61,170 nt of DNA from an uncultured Bacilli bacterium. Lineage in GTDB: Bacteria; Bacillota_I; Bacilli_A; RF39; UBA660. How positions within the stretch are numbered: position 1 is the first letter of the stretch; the number at the start of each line of letters is the position of its first letter. Under the pieces are notes generated by a model. It searched no databases, was not told the origin of the DNA, and was given only the letters and a program-made list of their open reading frames with translations. Both the position numbers and the translations under genes were made by a program. Below, piece by piece: positions 1-11,156 of the stretch. Location of the stretch: NCBI GenBank assembly GCA_947627995.1, contig CANQYE010000001.1:74889-136058 (forward strand). Reading direction: 5' to 3'.

Positions 1-723
1 TTTGCCGTAGGATTTGACAAATATTTTAAAGTTTCTGAAATGGTAGAAAATAGTTATATTATCATAAATAAAATTTTAGATAGTGATGATGTTATTAATT
101 TAGAAAATTTGATTTTAGAAATGAAAAAACAAAAAATCAAAGGAATTATTTTTTCTGATGTAGGTGTTTATGAAATATTTAAGAAAGAGAAATTTGACTT
201 AATATGGAACAATATTCATTTTACTATAAATAGTCAAGCAATTAATTTTTTTAAAGATATTTATAGTTCAATTATATCTAATGATATCACTAGCGATGAA
301 GTAAAATTTATATTAAATAATGCTAATAAACCTTTAATTATTAATTTATTAACCCACAATATGCTTTCCTATTCTAAAAGAAATTTTATTAAAAATTATA
401 ACAGATTTTATAATAAAAACTTAAATAATAAAACTATTATTAAGGATAAAATTACTAATAGGAAAATGTTAGTTTATGATGAAGAAAATAGTACAACAAT
501 TTTTAGTAGCAATGTTGTTAATAATATTTCTTTAATAAATGAAAAAAATATTCTTTTTTTCTTTGTTAATACATTCAATATAAAACAAGAATTTATTTTA
601 GATTTTTTAAATTGTTTAAAAAAAGGTGAATTTGCTAAAACGCAATATTTAATTAATAATTTAGATACTGGATTTTTAAATGAAGAAATGACTTATAAAA
701 TAAAAGGTGATATAGATGATTAA
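1..723 (+). CDS. U32-family peptidase-like protein, YrrN/TrhP1-like partner; the frame is open to base 1, so the 5' end may lie outside the window
   Basis: ORF 40..723 has its frame open upstream to the window edge. It overlaps the following canonical U32 gene by 8 nt (ATGATTAA). This is the yrrN-yrrO type pairing found near greA in Bacillus. Confidence 0.5.
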   Translation, partial: FAVGFDKYFKVSEMVENSYIIINKILDSDDVINLENLILEMKKQKIKGIIFSDVGVYEIFKKEKFDLIWNNIHFTINSQAINFFKDIYSSIISNDITSDEVKFILNNANKPLIINLLTHNMLSYSKRNFIKNYNRFYNKNLNNKTIIKDKITNRKMLVYDEENSTTIFSSNVVNNISLINEKNILFFFVNTFNIKQEFILDFLNCLKKGEFAKTQYLINNLDTGFLNEEMTYKIKGDIDD

Positions 724-1909
724 GCCAGAAATATTATGCCCAGCAGGTGATTTTGAACGTTTAAAAATAGCAATTTTATATGGTGCCGATGCTGTATATT
801 GTGGTGGTAAAAATTATAGTTTAAGAGCAAATGCTACCAATTTTTCTAACGATGAATTAAAAGAAGCTGTTAAATATGTGCATAAACATAATAAAAAAAT
901 ATATATAACTATAAATATAGTATTTCATGATCAAGATTTTAAAAATTTAATTTCCTATTTATATTTTTTAAGTAAAATAAAGGTTGATGGTGTCATTGTA
1001 TCTGATATTGCAGTAATAAATATAATAAATAAAGAAAATATAAATTTAGATATTATCGTTTCTACACAATGTAGCGTTTTAAATAAAAAAGCGGCCCAAT
1101 TTTATAAAAATTTAGGTTGTAAGAGGGTGGTTTTAGCACGTGAAGCGATGCTGAAAGATATTAAAGCAATAAAAAGTTGTGGTATTGAAGTCGAAATGTT
1201 TATTCAAGGGGCAATGTGCACAAATTTTAGTGGTCAATGTATACTTTCGAACTATTTTACTAATAGAGATTCTAATCGTGGTGGTTGTGCACAAGTTTGT
1301 AGATGGAATTTTGCTTGTGAAGAAGGATCTGATTTTTCTATTATGCCAAAAGATTTAAACAGTGTAAGTAATATTAAGACTTTGATGGAATTAGGAGTGG
1401 ATTCTTTTAAAATAGAAGGAAGAATGCGTTCGATTTATTATATAGCAACAGTTTGTTTGGTTTATAAAAAAGTTATAGATTTAATTATCACAAATAAAAT
1501 AGATGATGAATATATTATTTATTATCAGAATATATTAAATAGATGTGCTAACAGAGATTCTGTCCCTCAATTTTTAAATAATTTACCGGATGAAAAAGCA
1601 CAATATTATACGGGCAGAGAAGAAGCATCTAATCAAGATTTTATTGGTATAGTATTGGATTATGATGAAAATAAATCTTTAATTAAATTGGAAGTTAGAA
1701 ATTTTTTTCAAATTGGATATGTGTTACAAATTTTTGGGCCTAACACTGAAACTTTTGATCTAATAGTTGAAAATATTTATGATGAAAGTGGAGTAATGAT
1801 TGAAAAAGCTAACCATCCAATGATGAATGTATTTATTTCATGTAATCAAAAAGTAGAAAAACTAGATATGATAAGAATAAAAACAATTGACAAAATAGAA
1901 AAAAAGTAG
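716..1909 (+). CDS. Peptidase U32 family protein (YrrO/TrhP2-like, tRNA ho5U-associated family)
   Basis: 397 aa. EMFIQGAMCTNFSGQCILS matches the U32 signature. RGGCAQVCRW and FKIEGRMRS motifs are also present. Confidence 0.8.
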   Translation: MIKPEILCPAGDFERLKIAILYGADAVYCGGKNYSLRANATNFSNDELKEAVKYVHKHNKKIYITINIVFHDQDFKNLISYLYFLSKIKVDGVIVSDIAVINIINKENINLDIIVSTQCSVLNKKAAQFYKNLGCKRVVLAREAMLKDIKAIKSCGIEVEMFIQGAMCTNFSGQCILSNYFTNRDSNRGGCAQVCRWNFACEEGSDFSIMPKDLNSVSNIKTLMELGVDSFKIEGRMRSIYYIATVCLVYKKVIDLIITNKIDDEYIIYYQNILNRCANRDSVPQFLNNLPDEKAQYYTGREEASNQDFIGIVLDYDENKSLIKLEVRNFFQIGYVLQIFGPNTETFDLIVENIYDESGVMIEKANHPMMNVFISCNQKVEKLDMIRIKTIDKIEKK

Positions 1910-1943
1910 TATTCTTATCTAGGCTTGTTTAGGAGGAATAAAA

Positions 1944-2414
1944 ATGGCAGAAAAAAAAGAATGTTTAATAACTTCAGAAGGTTTTTTAAAACTAGAAGAA
2001 CAATTAAATGATTTAAAATTAAATAAACGTCCTGAAATTATACAACAATTAAAGGAGGCTAGAGCACAAGGAGATTTATCAGAAAATGCTGATTATGATG
2101 CTGCTAGAACTGCTCAAGCAGAATTAGAAAGTAAAATTAAAGAAATAGAATATACTTTAGAACATGCTAAAATTATAGATAATAAAGGTAAAAATGTAGT
2201 TAGTGTTGGAAGCACTGTTACTATAAATTATATTGAAGAAGGAGAAGAAGAAGAATATACTATAGTAGGTTCTTTAGAAGCTGATCCTTTAGAAAACAAA
2301 ATATCTAATGAATCACCTATTGGTTTATCATTAATGAATAAAAAAGTAGGGGACATAATAAGTGTTGATAGTCCTAATGGTTCATACGATATTAAAATTA
2401 TTAAAATATCATAG
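1944..2414 (+). CDS. greA: Transcription elongation factor GreA
   Basis: 156 aa with a GDLSENADYDAAR motif and an N-terminal coiled coil. AGGAGG SD upstream and a hairpin terminator downstream. Confidence 0.95.
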   Translation: MAEKKECLITSEGFLKLEEQLNDLKLNKRPEIIQQLKEARAQGDLSENADYDAARTAQAELESKIKEIEYTLEHAKIIDNKGKNVVSVGSTVTINYIEEGEEEEYTIVGSLEADPLENKISNESPIGLSLMNKKVGDIISVDSPNGSYDIKIIKIS

Positions 2415-2442
2415 AATTAATCAAGTATTAATTCTTTTTTTT
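2413..2442 (+). terminator. Rho-independent terminator after greA
   Basis: AGAATTAAT / ATTAATTCT 9-bp stem with a 5-nt loop, followed by a T8 run. Confidence 0.7.
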
Positions 2443-2465
2443 GGTTTAAAATAAAATTAGGTGGT

Positions 2466-3206
2466 ATGATGAATAATAAATCATTTATGTTTTTAGATAT
2501 AGCGTCTTCAACAATATTAAAAAACAATTATAAAATTGACACTAAAGAAACTAAAAATGCTACAATTTCTCATTTTATTATCGATGATAATAATTATAAA
2601 AATTTTAAAAAAAATAAAGGAGATTATTATACTATTCATTTAAATGATGAAAGATATAATAAAAAATATTTAATTAAAGAAATAGAAAGAATAATCGATC
2701 GTTTGTTAAATAAATATAATTGTTTTAATAAATTTTTAGTTGTTGGTTTAGGAAATAAAAATGTAATCTCAGATTCTATAGGAGTAAAAACTTGTGAAAA
2801 AATAATTGCAACTAATCAATATGATTTTTTATCTATACCTAAAGTAGTAGTCTTTGTTCCAGATATAATTAATAATACTGGAATTTCTTCTTTTGAATTA
2901 ATTAAAATGATTGTGTCTAGTTATAAACCAAAATGTATAATCATAATTGATTCTATGCTTACAAAACATGAGTATAACTTAAATAAAACTATTGAAATTA
3001 CTGATTGTGGTATTATTCCAGCGCAAGATTTAAAATTTAATAAAGAAATAAGTTATTCTACTTTTAAAATTCCTGTAATTTCGATTGGAATACCTTTAGT
3101 CATTAAAAAAAATAGTTTTTTGTTTTCTAGTGTTGATGTTTCTATGAAAGTTGATGAAATATCTAGTATTATTGCAAATAGTTTAAATAATATCTTTTTG
3201 TCTTAA
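2466..3206 (+). CDS. gpr: GPR/YyaC-family spore protease (germination protease-like), short form
   Basis: 246 aa. VVGLGNKNVISDSIG and IIIIDSM motifs resemble the A25 GPR family. Sits directly upstream of spoIIP, as gpr does in Bacillus. Confidence 0.55.
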   Translation: MMNNKSFMFLDIASSTILKNNYKIDTKETKNATISHFIIDDNNYKNFKKNKGDYYTIHLNDERYNKKYLIKEIERIIDRLLNKYNCFNKFLVVGLGNKNVISDSIGVKTCEKIIATNQYDFLSIPKVVVFVPDIINNTGISSFELIKMIVSSYKPKCIIIIDSMLTKHEYNLNKTIEITDCGIIPAQDLKFNKEISYSTFKIPVISIGIPLVIKKNSFLFSSVDVSMKVDEISSIIANSLNNIFLS

Positions 3207-3263
3207 TTCTACAAAAAAATTAATTTCTTTAATTTATAATACCCTTTAAGGAGGGTAGTTCAA

Positions 3264-4259
3264 ATGGCAAAGAAATTTAAAAGTAAAAAGATAAAGAAAA
3301 AAACTATTTTAAAAATAATATTTTTTTTAATATTTATTTATTTAACTAGTTTATTAACATATAATTTTTTATTTAAAAAATTTTTGAGTAATAAAATTAA
3401 TAATGAAAATCTTATTAATTATTTAATTAATAATACAATTAATGAGTCAGATAAAAAAAATATAAATGCTCATAATATTTTCAATTTAAATTTTAATCGT
3501 ACTTCTTCTTTGATAAATAAGAGCTTAAATAATATTGTAAAAAGTGATGAATATTTTGATAATAATGATGATGAAGAGTATGAATATGAAAAGCTAGAAA
3601 CAAAAACAGAATATTTTAAAGACCCTAATCCTACAGTAGTAGATAATCCAATAGTTTATATTTACAATACGCATCAGTTAGAAAATTATGCGGCCACGTA
3701 TTTATCTTCTTATAATATTGAACCGAATGTATTAATGGCTTCATATTTGCTTAAAGAAAAATTGAATGATTTAAATGTTTTATCAATTGTAGAAGAAGAA
3801 GATATTACTAACTTATTGAGAATAAATAATTGGAAATATAGTTATTCATATAAAGCCAGTAGATATTTTATTGATAATGCTTTAAAAAATAATCCGACTA
3901 TAAAATATATTATTGATGTTCATCGTGATTCGATTAGTAGAGATAAAACAACAATAACAATTGCTAATGTAAATTACGCAAAATTATTATTTTTAATTGG
4001 TTTGGAAAATCCTAATTATGAAAGTAATTTAAATGTAGCTAATAGAATGTGTGAAATAATTAACGAAAACTATAATAATTTATGTAAAGGAATTTATAAA
4101 AAAGGAGGAAAAGGAGTAAATGGAGTATATAATCAAGACGCTTTAAATACGGCTATGCTTATTGAAGTAGGCGGAGTTGAAAATACAATAGATGAAGTTG
4201 CAAATAGTATAGATGCTTTTTCTAAAAGTTTTTATAAATATTTAAAGGAGAATTCATGA
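3264..4259 (+). CDS. spoIIP: Stage II sporulation protein P (SpoIIP)
   Basis: 331 aa with an N-terminal TM segment and DVHRDS and MLIEVGGVENT motifs. Lies in gpr-spoIIP-yqxA-lepA synteny. Confidence 0.8.
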   Translation: MAKKFKSKKIKKKTILKIIFFLIFIYLTSLLTYNFLFKKFLSNKINNENLINYLINNTINESDKKNINAHNIFNLNFNRTSSLINKSLNNIVKSDEYFDNNDDEEYEYEKLETKTEYFKDPNPTVVDNPIVYIYNTHQLENYAATYLSSYNIEPNVLMASYLLKEKLNDLNVLSIVEEEDITNLLRINNWKYSYSYKASRYFIDNALKNNPTIKYIIDVHRDSISRDKTTITIANVNYAKLLFLIGLENPNYESNLNVANRMCEIINENYNNLCKGIYKKGGKGVNGVYNQDALNTAMLIEVGGVENTIDEVANSIDAFSKSFYKYLKENS

Positions 4260-4588
4260 AAGAGAAAAAAAAACATAGATTTTGGATTTTTCTTTTGATT
4301 TTATCATTAATTATTTATGGTGGGCTATACATTGCAAATATAAGTGGATATTATGAGACCTCTATTTCTAAAAAAACTATATTAACTAATGAAAATATTA
4401 AAAAATTTGAACAAGATATTAAAAGTGGTAAAGAAGTTAATATTAATGATTATTATGAAAAAAATAAAAAAGATTATAATAATGCGGTTTCAAAGGCTGG
4501 AATAAAATTTTCTAATGGTGTAGAAAAATTTATGACTAAAGGTTTATCTGCAACTTTAAAATTATTAGGAAAACTATTTAGTACTTGA
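4256..4588 (+). CDS. Small membrane protein, YqxA-like (DUF3679) by position
   Basis: 110 aa with one N-terminal TM and a 4-nt overlap with spoIIP. Occupies the Bacillus yqxA position between spoIIP and lepA. Confidence 0.5.
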   Translation: MKEKKKHRFWIFLLILSLIIYGGLYIANISGYYETSISKKTILTNENIKKFEQDIKSGKEVNINDYYEKNKKDYNNAVSKAGIKFSNGVEKFMTKGLSATLKLLGKLFST

Positions 4589-4621
4589 TTTTAAATAAAT
4601 AAAAAAGTAATATTATATTAG

Positions 4622-6421
4622 GTGAAAAACATGAATAATATTCGTAATTTTTCTATTATTGCACATATTGATCACGGGAAATCAACTTTAGCTGATCGAA
4701 TTTTAGAAAAGACAGGGGCAATTGATAAAAGAGAAATGAAAGATCAACTACTAGATAATATGGACTTAGAACGTGAAAGAGGTATTACAATTAAATTAAA
4801 TGCTGTAAAATTAAAATATAAATATAAAGATGAAGAATATATTTTGAATTTAATAGATACTCCAGGACACGTTGATTTTTCATACGAAGTGTCAAGAAGC
4901 CTTGCCGCTTGTGAAGGGGCGATTTTAGTGGTTGATGCAGCTCAAGGTATTGAGGCACAAACGCTTGCAAATTTATATTTAGCTATGGAAAATGATTTAA
5001 AAATAATACCAGTAATTAATAAAATTGATTTACCAAACGCTGATATTAAAAAAGTAAAACAAGAATTACATGATGTTTTAGGTTTTAAAGAAGAAGAAAT
5101 AGTTTGTACCAGTGGAAAAACAGGAGAAGGAATAGATAATTTGTTAAAAGCTATAATTGAACAGATTCCAGCTCCTAAGATTAATGATAATGCTCCTTTG
5201 AAAGCTCTTGTTTTTGATAGCCATTTCGATCCTTATTTAGGCGTAGTAGCACTTATTAGAGTTTTTGAAGGTAAAATAAGTAAAAAGGATAAAATAAAAT
5301 TTATGGCTAATGATGGTGTTTTTGAAGTAGTTGAACTTGGTGTAAATACACCAAAGAAAGTCATGCAAGATTGTTTAACGAGTGGTAATGTTGGATTTAT
5401 TAGTGCTAGTATTAAAAATTTAAGCGATGTCCATGTTGGTGATACAATAACATTAGAAAATAATCCTGCTAAAGAAGCTTTGGCTGGTTATCAAGCAATG
5501 AAACCAATGGTATATTCAGGACTATTTCCTGTTGAGCCTAATAAATATGAAGCGTTGAATGAAGCAATTGAAAAACTTAAATTAAATGATGCCTCTTTAA
5601 CCATTGAAAAAGAGACATCTGATGCATTAGGATTTGGATTTAGAGTTGGATTTCTTGGATTATTGCATATGGAAATAATAATGAGCCGATTGGAAAGAGA
5701 ATTTAATTTAGAAGTAATTGCTACTTCTCCTTCAGTTATTTATGAAGTTTTATTAACAAATGGAGAGACAATAATGATTGATTCTCCAAATAAAATGCCA
5801 GATAAAGTTAAGATTAATGATATTAAAGAGCCATATATTAAAACAAATATTTTTGTTCCAAGTGAGTATATTGGACCAATTATGGAGTTATGTCAAGAAA
5901 AAAGGGGAATTTATAATTCTATAGAATATTTAGATAAAACAAGAGTAAATATTCACTATGAATTACCTCTTTCTGAAATAGTTTATGATTTTTTTGATAA
6001 ACTTAAAAGTTATACAAAAGGGTATGCATCTTTTGATTACGAATTAATTGGTTATAAATCTTCCCAATTAGTTAAAATGGATATTTTAATAAATAATCAA
6101 ATTGTTGATGCATTATCTATTATTGTTCATAAAGATTTTGCATATAATAGAGGTAAAACTATTGTGGAAAATCTTAAAGAAATAATTCCAAGACAATTAT
6201 TTCAAGTGCCGATACAAGCCAGTATTGGATCAAAGGTTATTGCAAGGGAAAATATATCTGCAATGCGTAAAAATGTTCTTGCAAAATGTTATGGTGGAGA
6301 TATAACAAGAAAAAGAAAACTTTTAGAAAAACAAAAAGAAGGAAAAAAGAAAATGAAAATGGTAGGAAATGTTGAGATACCAAATGAAGCATTTTTAGCG
6401 ATATTAAAAGAAAAAAACTAG
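4622..6421 (+). CDS. lepA: Elongation factor 4 (LepA)
   Basis: [18 protein letters not shown] and DTPGHVDF GTPase motifs. About 600 aa. An ATG at 4631 is an alternative start. Confidence 0.97.
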   Translation: MKNMNNIRNFSIIAHIDHGKSTLADRILEKTGAIDKREMKDQLLDNMDLERERGITIKLNAVKLKYKYKDEEYILNLIDTPGHVDFSYEVSRSLAACEGAILVVDAAQGIEAQTLANLYLAMENDLKIIPVINKIDLPNADIKKVKQELHDVLGFKEEEIVCTSGKTGEGIDNLLKAIIEQIPAPKINDNAPLKALVFDSHFDPYLGVVALIRVFEGKISKKDKIKFMANDGVFEVVELGVNTPKKVMQDCLTSGNVGFISASIKNLSDVHVGDTITLENNPAKEALAGYQAMKPMVYSGLFPVEPNKYEALNEAIEKLKLNDASLTIEKETSDALGFGFRVGFLGLLHMEIIMSRLEREFNLEVIATSPSVIYEVLLTNGETIMIDSPNKMPDKVKINDIKEPYIKTNIFVPSEYIGPIMELCQEKRGIYNSIEYLDKTRVNIHYELPLSEIVYDFFDKLKSYTKGYASFDYELIGYKSSQLVKMDILINNQIVDALSIIVHKDFAYNRGKTIVENLKEIIPRQLFQVPIQASIGSKVIARENISAMRKNVLAKCYGGDITRKRKLLEKQKEGKKKMKMVGNVEIPNEAFLAILKEKN

Positions 6422-6504
6422 AAAATTTATAATTCAATGTTATAGCAAAAAATAAAATATGAATATTTTATTTTTTTTGTTATAATAAAATAAGGTGATA
6501 ATAA

Positions 6505-7695
6505 ATGAAAAGAAAAATAGTAATGATTATTACTTTGATAATTTTAATTATAATTTTAATTATTTTTTCATTTAAACTTTATAAATATATAAAAATTAAA
6601 AATGCCAAAATTGATGTAAAATTAATAGATAATTTAAATTTAGAATTTAATGATAAAAAAAACATTTCATATTTTATTAAAAGTATTAATGGTAAAATTG
6701 TAAATGATTATGTTATTGATTCTTCTAAAATAGGAAAGAAAAAAGTCAATTTTGAATTTATAAATGATGATAATATAAAAGTAAAATATTTTTTTAATGT
6801 AAATATAATTGATAGTAAAAGTCCTCTTATATGGGTAGATAATTCATATACAGTAAATATTGGGACTGATATTGATTTAACTAAAAAAATATTATGTGGT
6901 GATAATTATGATAATAATCCTACATGTATTATTGAAGGATATTATAATTTAAATGAACTTGGAAATTATCCTTTAACCTTTAAAGCAACAGATAAAAGCG
7001 GTAATGAAACAATAAAAAAATTTACTTTAAATGTTATCGAAGAAAAGAAAAATAATCAATCAATTTCAACTTCTACTAGTTTTAAAAAAATAAAAGAAGA
7101 ATATCAAAATATGGATGTTGAAATAGGCTTAGATATTTCTCGATTTCAAGGAGATATTGATTTTGCAAAGTTAAAGCAAGCAGGCGTAGATTTTTTAATG
7201 CTGCGACTTGGTGGCTCTCTTAGTACTAATAATGAATATTTTATTGATAGTAAATTTGAAGAATATGCAAAGCTTGCAAATGAGTATAAAATACCTATAG
7301 GAGTTTATTTTTATTCTTATGCTAACTCTTCAAAAACAGCAATAAAAGATGCTAAATGGGTTTTAAATCAGATAAAAAATTATGATATAGAATTACCAAT
7401 TGCCTTAGATTGGGAAGAATGGGGAAATTTTAATAATTATAATTTGAGTTTTTTTGGTTTAACTAATCTGGCAAACGATTTCTTAGATGAAATAAAAAAA
7501 TCTGGATATAAAACTATGCTTTATAGTAGTAAAAAATATTTAGAAAATATTTGGATGCAACCAAAACATGATATATGGCTTGCTCATTACACTAATAAAA
7601 CAGATTATAATGGTAAATATAAAATGTGGCAATTATGTAATAATGGTAAAATAGATGGTATTAATAATTTTGTGGATATAGATATTATGTATTAA
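6505..7695 (+). CDS. Membrane-anchored GH25 muramidase (lysozyme) with an Ig-like middle region
   Basis: N-terminal TM. GLDISRFQGDIDFAKLKQAGVDFLMLR and the C-terminal DIDIMY are typical of glycoside hydrolase family 25. Confidence 0.8.
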   Translation: MKRKIVMIITLIILIIILIIFSFKLYKYIKIKNAKIDVKLIDNLNLEFNDKKNISYFIKSINGKIVNDYVIDSSKIGKKKVNFEFINDDNIKVKYFFNVNIIDSKSPLIWVDNSYTVNIGTDIDLTKKILCGDNYDNNPTCIIEGYYNLNELGNYPLTFKATDKSGNETIKKFTLNVIEEKKNNQSISTSTSFKKIKEEYQNMDVEIGLDISRFQGDIDFAKLKQAGVDFLMLRLGGSLSTNNEYFIDSKFEEYAKLANEYKIPIGVYFYSYANSSKTAIKDAKWVLNQIKNYDIELPIALDWEEWGNFNNYNLSFFGLTNLANDFLDEIKKSGYKTMLYSSKKYLENIWMQPKHDIWLAHYTNKTDYNGKYKMWQLCNNGKIDGINNFVDIDIMY

Positions 7696-7748
7696 TTATT
7701 TTAATAATTATTAAAAGTTGTTATAATTAAAATAGAAGGAGTGAATTT

Positions 7749-8831
7749 ATGGAAAGTGTATATATTCATATCCCTTTTTGTAGAAATATTTGTACATATT
7801 GTGATTTTTGTAAAATGTATTACAATTCTACTTGGATCAGTAAATATTTAAAATCATTAAAAAATGAAATAGAGGACTCTTATCATAATGAGTTAATAAA
7901 AACTATTTATATTGGTGGGGGCACTCCATCATGTTTAGCTACTCAAGATTTATTAGAATTATTTGAGATTATAAAAATATTTAATTTACATGAAAATGTT
8001 GAGTTTACTTTTGAATGTAATCTAAGTGATATAAATGAAAATCTATTAGTGTTATTAAAACAAAATAAGGTTAATAGATTAAGTATTGGAATTCAATCTT
8101 TTAATAATGAAAAATTAGAATTTATGAATCGTCTAGCAAATTTAGAAGATGCAATGCATAAAATTTCTTTATGTAGGAGATTAGGCTTTAATAATATAAA
8201 TATTGATTTAATTTATGGTATTCCGAATGAAAATATAAAAGTTTTAAAACAAGATTTAAAAAGTATTATTAAATTGAAGCCAGACCATATAAGCACTTAT
8301 TCCTTAATTATGGAAGATAATACATTATATGGAATTAGTAAGATAAATGGAATTTCAGATGATTTAGATTTAAAAATGTATAAAATGATAAAGAAGTATT
8401 TGAAAAAATATAAATATATTCATTATGAAATTAGTAATTTTGCTTTAAAAGGTAAGGAATCTTTACATAATATTAATTATTGGAAAAATAATGAATATTA
8501 TGGTTTTGGATTAGGTGCACATGGTTTTGTCTTAGGTTTTAGATATGAAAATACTAGAAGTTTAACTAATTATTTAAAAGGAGAGTATAGGTTAAAACAA
8601 AATATTATTTCAAAAAAAGAAAATATGGAAAATGAATTAATGTTGGGATTACGATTAATTAATGGAATAAATATAAAAGAATTTTATAAAAAATTTAATA
8701 TAAACATTCAAGAAGTTTTTGATTTTAATGAAGTAATAAAAAATAAAGAAATTATATATAAAAAGGGATATATTTTTATTCCAGATGATAAATTATATAT
8801 AATGAATGAAATTTTAATCAAATTATTATAA
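7749..8831 (+). CDS. hemW: Radical SAM heme chaperone HemW (HemN-like, oxygen-independent coproporphyrinogen oxidase family)
   Basis: IHIPFCRNICTYCDF CxxxCxxC motif, 360 aa. Follows lepA as in Bacillus. Confidence 0.85.
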   Translation: MESVYIHIPFCRNICTYCDFCKMYYNSTWISKYLKSLKNEIEDSYHNELIKTIYIGGGTPSCLATQDLLELFEIIKIFNLHENVEFTFECNLSDINENLLVLLKQNKVNRLSIGIQSFNNEKLEFMNRLANLEDAMHKISLCRRLGFNNINIDLIYGIPNENIKVLKQDLKSIIKLKPDHISTYSLIMEDNTLYGISKINGISDDLDLKMYKMIKKYLKKYKYIHYEISNFALKGKESLHNINYWKNNEYYGFGLGAHGFVLGFRYENTRSLTNYLKGEYRLKQNIISKKENMENELMLGLRLINGINIKEFYKKFNINIQEVFDFNEVIKNKEIIYKKGYIFIPDDKLYIMNEILIKLL

Positions 8832-8930
8832 GATATTTAAATTTTAAAAGAAAAAACAAAGTATATTAAATGTATTTTGTTCGACAATATGCTAAATTTT
8901 TTTGTGTTATTATTTTCATGGTGATTTTCT

Positions 8931-9389
8931 ATGAAAAAATTTTTTGTTGTAATTTTATTTGCTACATTTATCGGTTCTTTATGTGGAATTTTTTTATTTC
9001 TTGATAGTAATAGCAAAGTAGATGCTATGATAAATAGTAAAAGCAAGTTATTTTTTTTCCAATTAGGAGTTTTTGAAAATTATGATAATGCTTTAGAGTT
9101 TCAAAAAAAATATGATAATTCAATAATAGAAAAAGATGACAATTATTATCGAGTATATTTTGCTATATTAAAAAATAAAAAAAACATTGAAAAATTATCT
9201 GATTATTTAAAAACAAATAATATAAATTTTTATATAAGAAATAAACAAATTAATTCTGCTTCTTTTCTTAGTAAAAATACAGAATATGAAAAAATAATTT
9301 CTAAAACTAAAGATGAAGAAGTATTTATAAAGACAATCAAGAAAATAAATAGTTTGTATCAAAAGGAAGTATTAGATAATGAAAATTAA
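8931..9389 (+). CDS. Membrane-anchored SPOR-like domain protein
   Basis: N-terminal TM. The FFFQLGVFENYDNALEFQKKY...YYRVYFAIL pattern resembles a SPOR repeat. Confidence 0.4.
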   Translation: MKKFFVVILFATFIGSLCGIFLFLDSNSKVDAMINSKSKLFFFQLGVFENYDNALEFQKKYDNSIIEKDDNYYRVYFAILKNKKNIEKLSDYLKTNNINFYIRNKQINSASFLSKNTEYEKIISKTKDEEVFIKTIKKINSLYQKEVLDNEN

Positions 9390-10053
9390 AGATCTTCCAG
9401 ATAGTGAAAAACCAAGAGAAAAGCTTATAAAATTTGGTGTACACAATTTAAGTGATTCAGAAATATTATCGATAATATTAAGAACTGGTATTAAAAATTA
9501 TTCTGTAAAAGATATTTCCTTAAATTTATTAAAAGAAATAAAGGAAATTAAAAATTTAAAAAATTATAATTATTATTCTCTTTCTAAATTAAAAGGTATT
9601 GGTAGTATTAAAGCGATGGAGTTAGCAGCAAGTATTGAACTTGGAAAAAGAATTTTTTTAAATGATGTAAAACAAAAAATAAAAGTTAATAATACCCGCA
9701 TTGTTTTTGAATTATATAATGATTATTTTAAAGATATTTATCAAGAACAATTTATTTGTTTATACTTGGATTCAAAAAAAAATTTAATAGAATCAAAAAT
9801 TTTATTTATAGGTACTATTAATCAAAGCATAGTACATCCGCGTGAAGTTTTTAAATACGCATATAAACTATCATCAAGTGCTTTAATATGTGTTCATAAT
9901 CACCCTAGTGGGGATGTAACTCCAAGTAGTGATGATATTAATTTTACTACTAGATTAAAAGAAATTGGTAAAATTATGGGAATTGAGGTATTAGATCATA
10001 TTATTATTGGTTATAATATATATTATAGTTTCTTAGAACATGGAAAGATGTGA
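9379..10053 (+). CDS. radC: RadC-family JAB/MPN domain protein (UPF0758)
   Basis: HhH-like N-terminus and a VHNHPSGDVTPSSDD JAMM motif. Lies upstream of mreC as in Bacillus. Confidence 0.85.
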   Translation: MKIKDLPDSEKPREKLIKFGVHNLSDSEILSIILRTGIKNYSVKDISLNLLKEIKEIKNLKNYNYYSLSKLKGIGSIKAMELAASIELGKRIFLNDVKQKIKVNNTRIVFELYNDYFKDIYQEQFICLYLDSKKNLIESKILFIGTINQSIVHPREVFKYAYKLSSSALICVHNHPSGDVTPSSDDINFTTRLKEIGKIMGIEVLDHIIIGYNIYYSFLEHGKM

Positions 10054-10747
10054 TAATATGAGAAATATATTTAAAAAAAGTTATTTATTTTTGATTTTAT
10101 TTTTAATTATAATTTTTAAATCAAATTTATTTAATTTACTTGGAAATTTAAATAGTCTTTTTGTTGAAAAAAATATTAATAAAATTGATAATAATATTTT
10201 AATTGCAGAAAATAAAACTTTAAAAAAAGAATTGAATGATCTTTCTAAGTCAATAAATATGAAGGAAGTTTATAATTATAAATATACAATAGCTAAAGTA
10301 TCTTTAAGAGATATTTATGAATTTTATGATACTTTTACAATTAATAAAGGAAAGGAATCGGGAATTAAAAAAGGAGATGCGGTAGTATGTAATGAAGGTT
10401 TATTAGGAGTGGTAAAAAAAGTTGGTAAAAATTATAGTAAAGTTAATCTTATTTCCAATAAAGATGAAAATATATCAATTAAAATAAAAGATTCATATGG
10501 TGTATTAGATAATTATAATTATGTTGATAATATTTTTGAAATAAATAAAATTACTAATTTAGAAAATATTAATAAGGATGATAATGTTTATACATCTGGA
10601 TTAGGATTGTTACCCCCTAATATTTATATTGGTAAAATAAGAAGTGTTAAAAATAATTTAGGGATTGAAAGTATATTAACGATGGAAGTAAATTATGATA
10701 TTAATAATATTAACTATGTGGCGGTTATAATAGGTGATAATAAATGA
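10040..10747 (+). CDS. mreC: Rod shape-determining protein MreC
   Basis: N-terminal TM, coiled coil and a GDAVVCNEGLLGVVKKV motif. Followed by mreD with a 4-nt overlap. An ATG at 10058 is an alternative start. Confidence 0.8.
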   Translation: MERCDNMRNIFKKSYLFLILFLIIIFKSNLFNLLGNLNSLFVEKNINKIDNNILIAENKTLKKELNDLSKSINMKEVYNYKYTIAKVSLRDIYEFYDTFTINKGKESGIKKGDAVVCNEGLLGVVKKVGKNYSKVNLISNKDENISIKIKDSYGVLDNYNYVDNIFEINKITNLENINKDDNVYTSGLGLLPPNIYIGKIRSVKNNLGIESILTMEVNYDINNINYVAVIIGDNK

Positions 10748-11154
10748 TGTGGATAGTATTATTAGATATTTTTATTTATAATCTTACTTCGTTCAGTAGT
10801 TATTTTTTTCTATTTTTAATTCCTTATTATGCATTAAAAAAAAATATTTTAAATCTTATTTTTATTGGGATTTTATTAGATATTTTAATGGATGTGTTTT
10901 TAATTAATTTATTTTTATTAGTAATTTTATATTTTTTAAATAAAATAATTTTTAAATATTTAAGAAATAAAATTTATGTTTTTTTGGGATTAATTCATTT
11001 AAATTTAATAATATACTTAATAACTTTATCAATATTTAATAATTTAAATATTTTATATTTAATAAAATATTTATTTAATAACTATTTAATAAATATAATT
11101 TTTTATATTTTAATATATTCAATAGTATATAAAAAGATTAAAAATTTAAGATAA
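10744..11154 (+). CDS. mreD: Rod shape-determining protein MreD
   Basis: 136-aa polytopic membrane protein, translationally coupled to mreC. Confidence 0.6.
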   Translation: MMWIVLLDIFIYNLTSFSSYFFLFLIPYYALKKNILNLIFIGILLDILMDVFLINLFLLVILYFLNKIIFKYLRNKIYVFLGLIHLNLIIYLITLSIFNNLNILYLIKYLFNNYLINIIFYILIYSIVYKKIKNLR

Positions 11155-11156
11155 TT

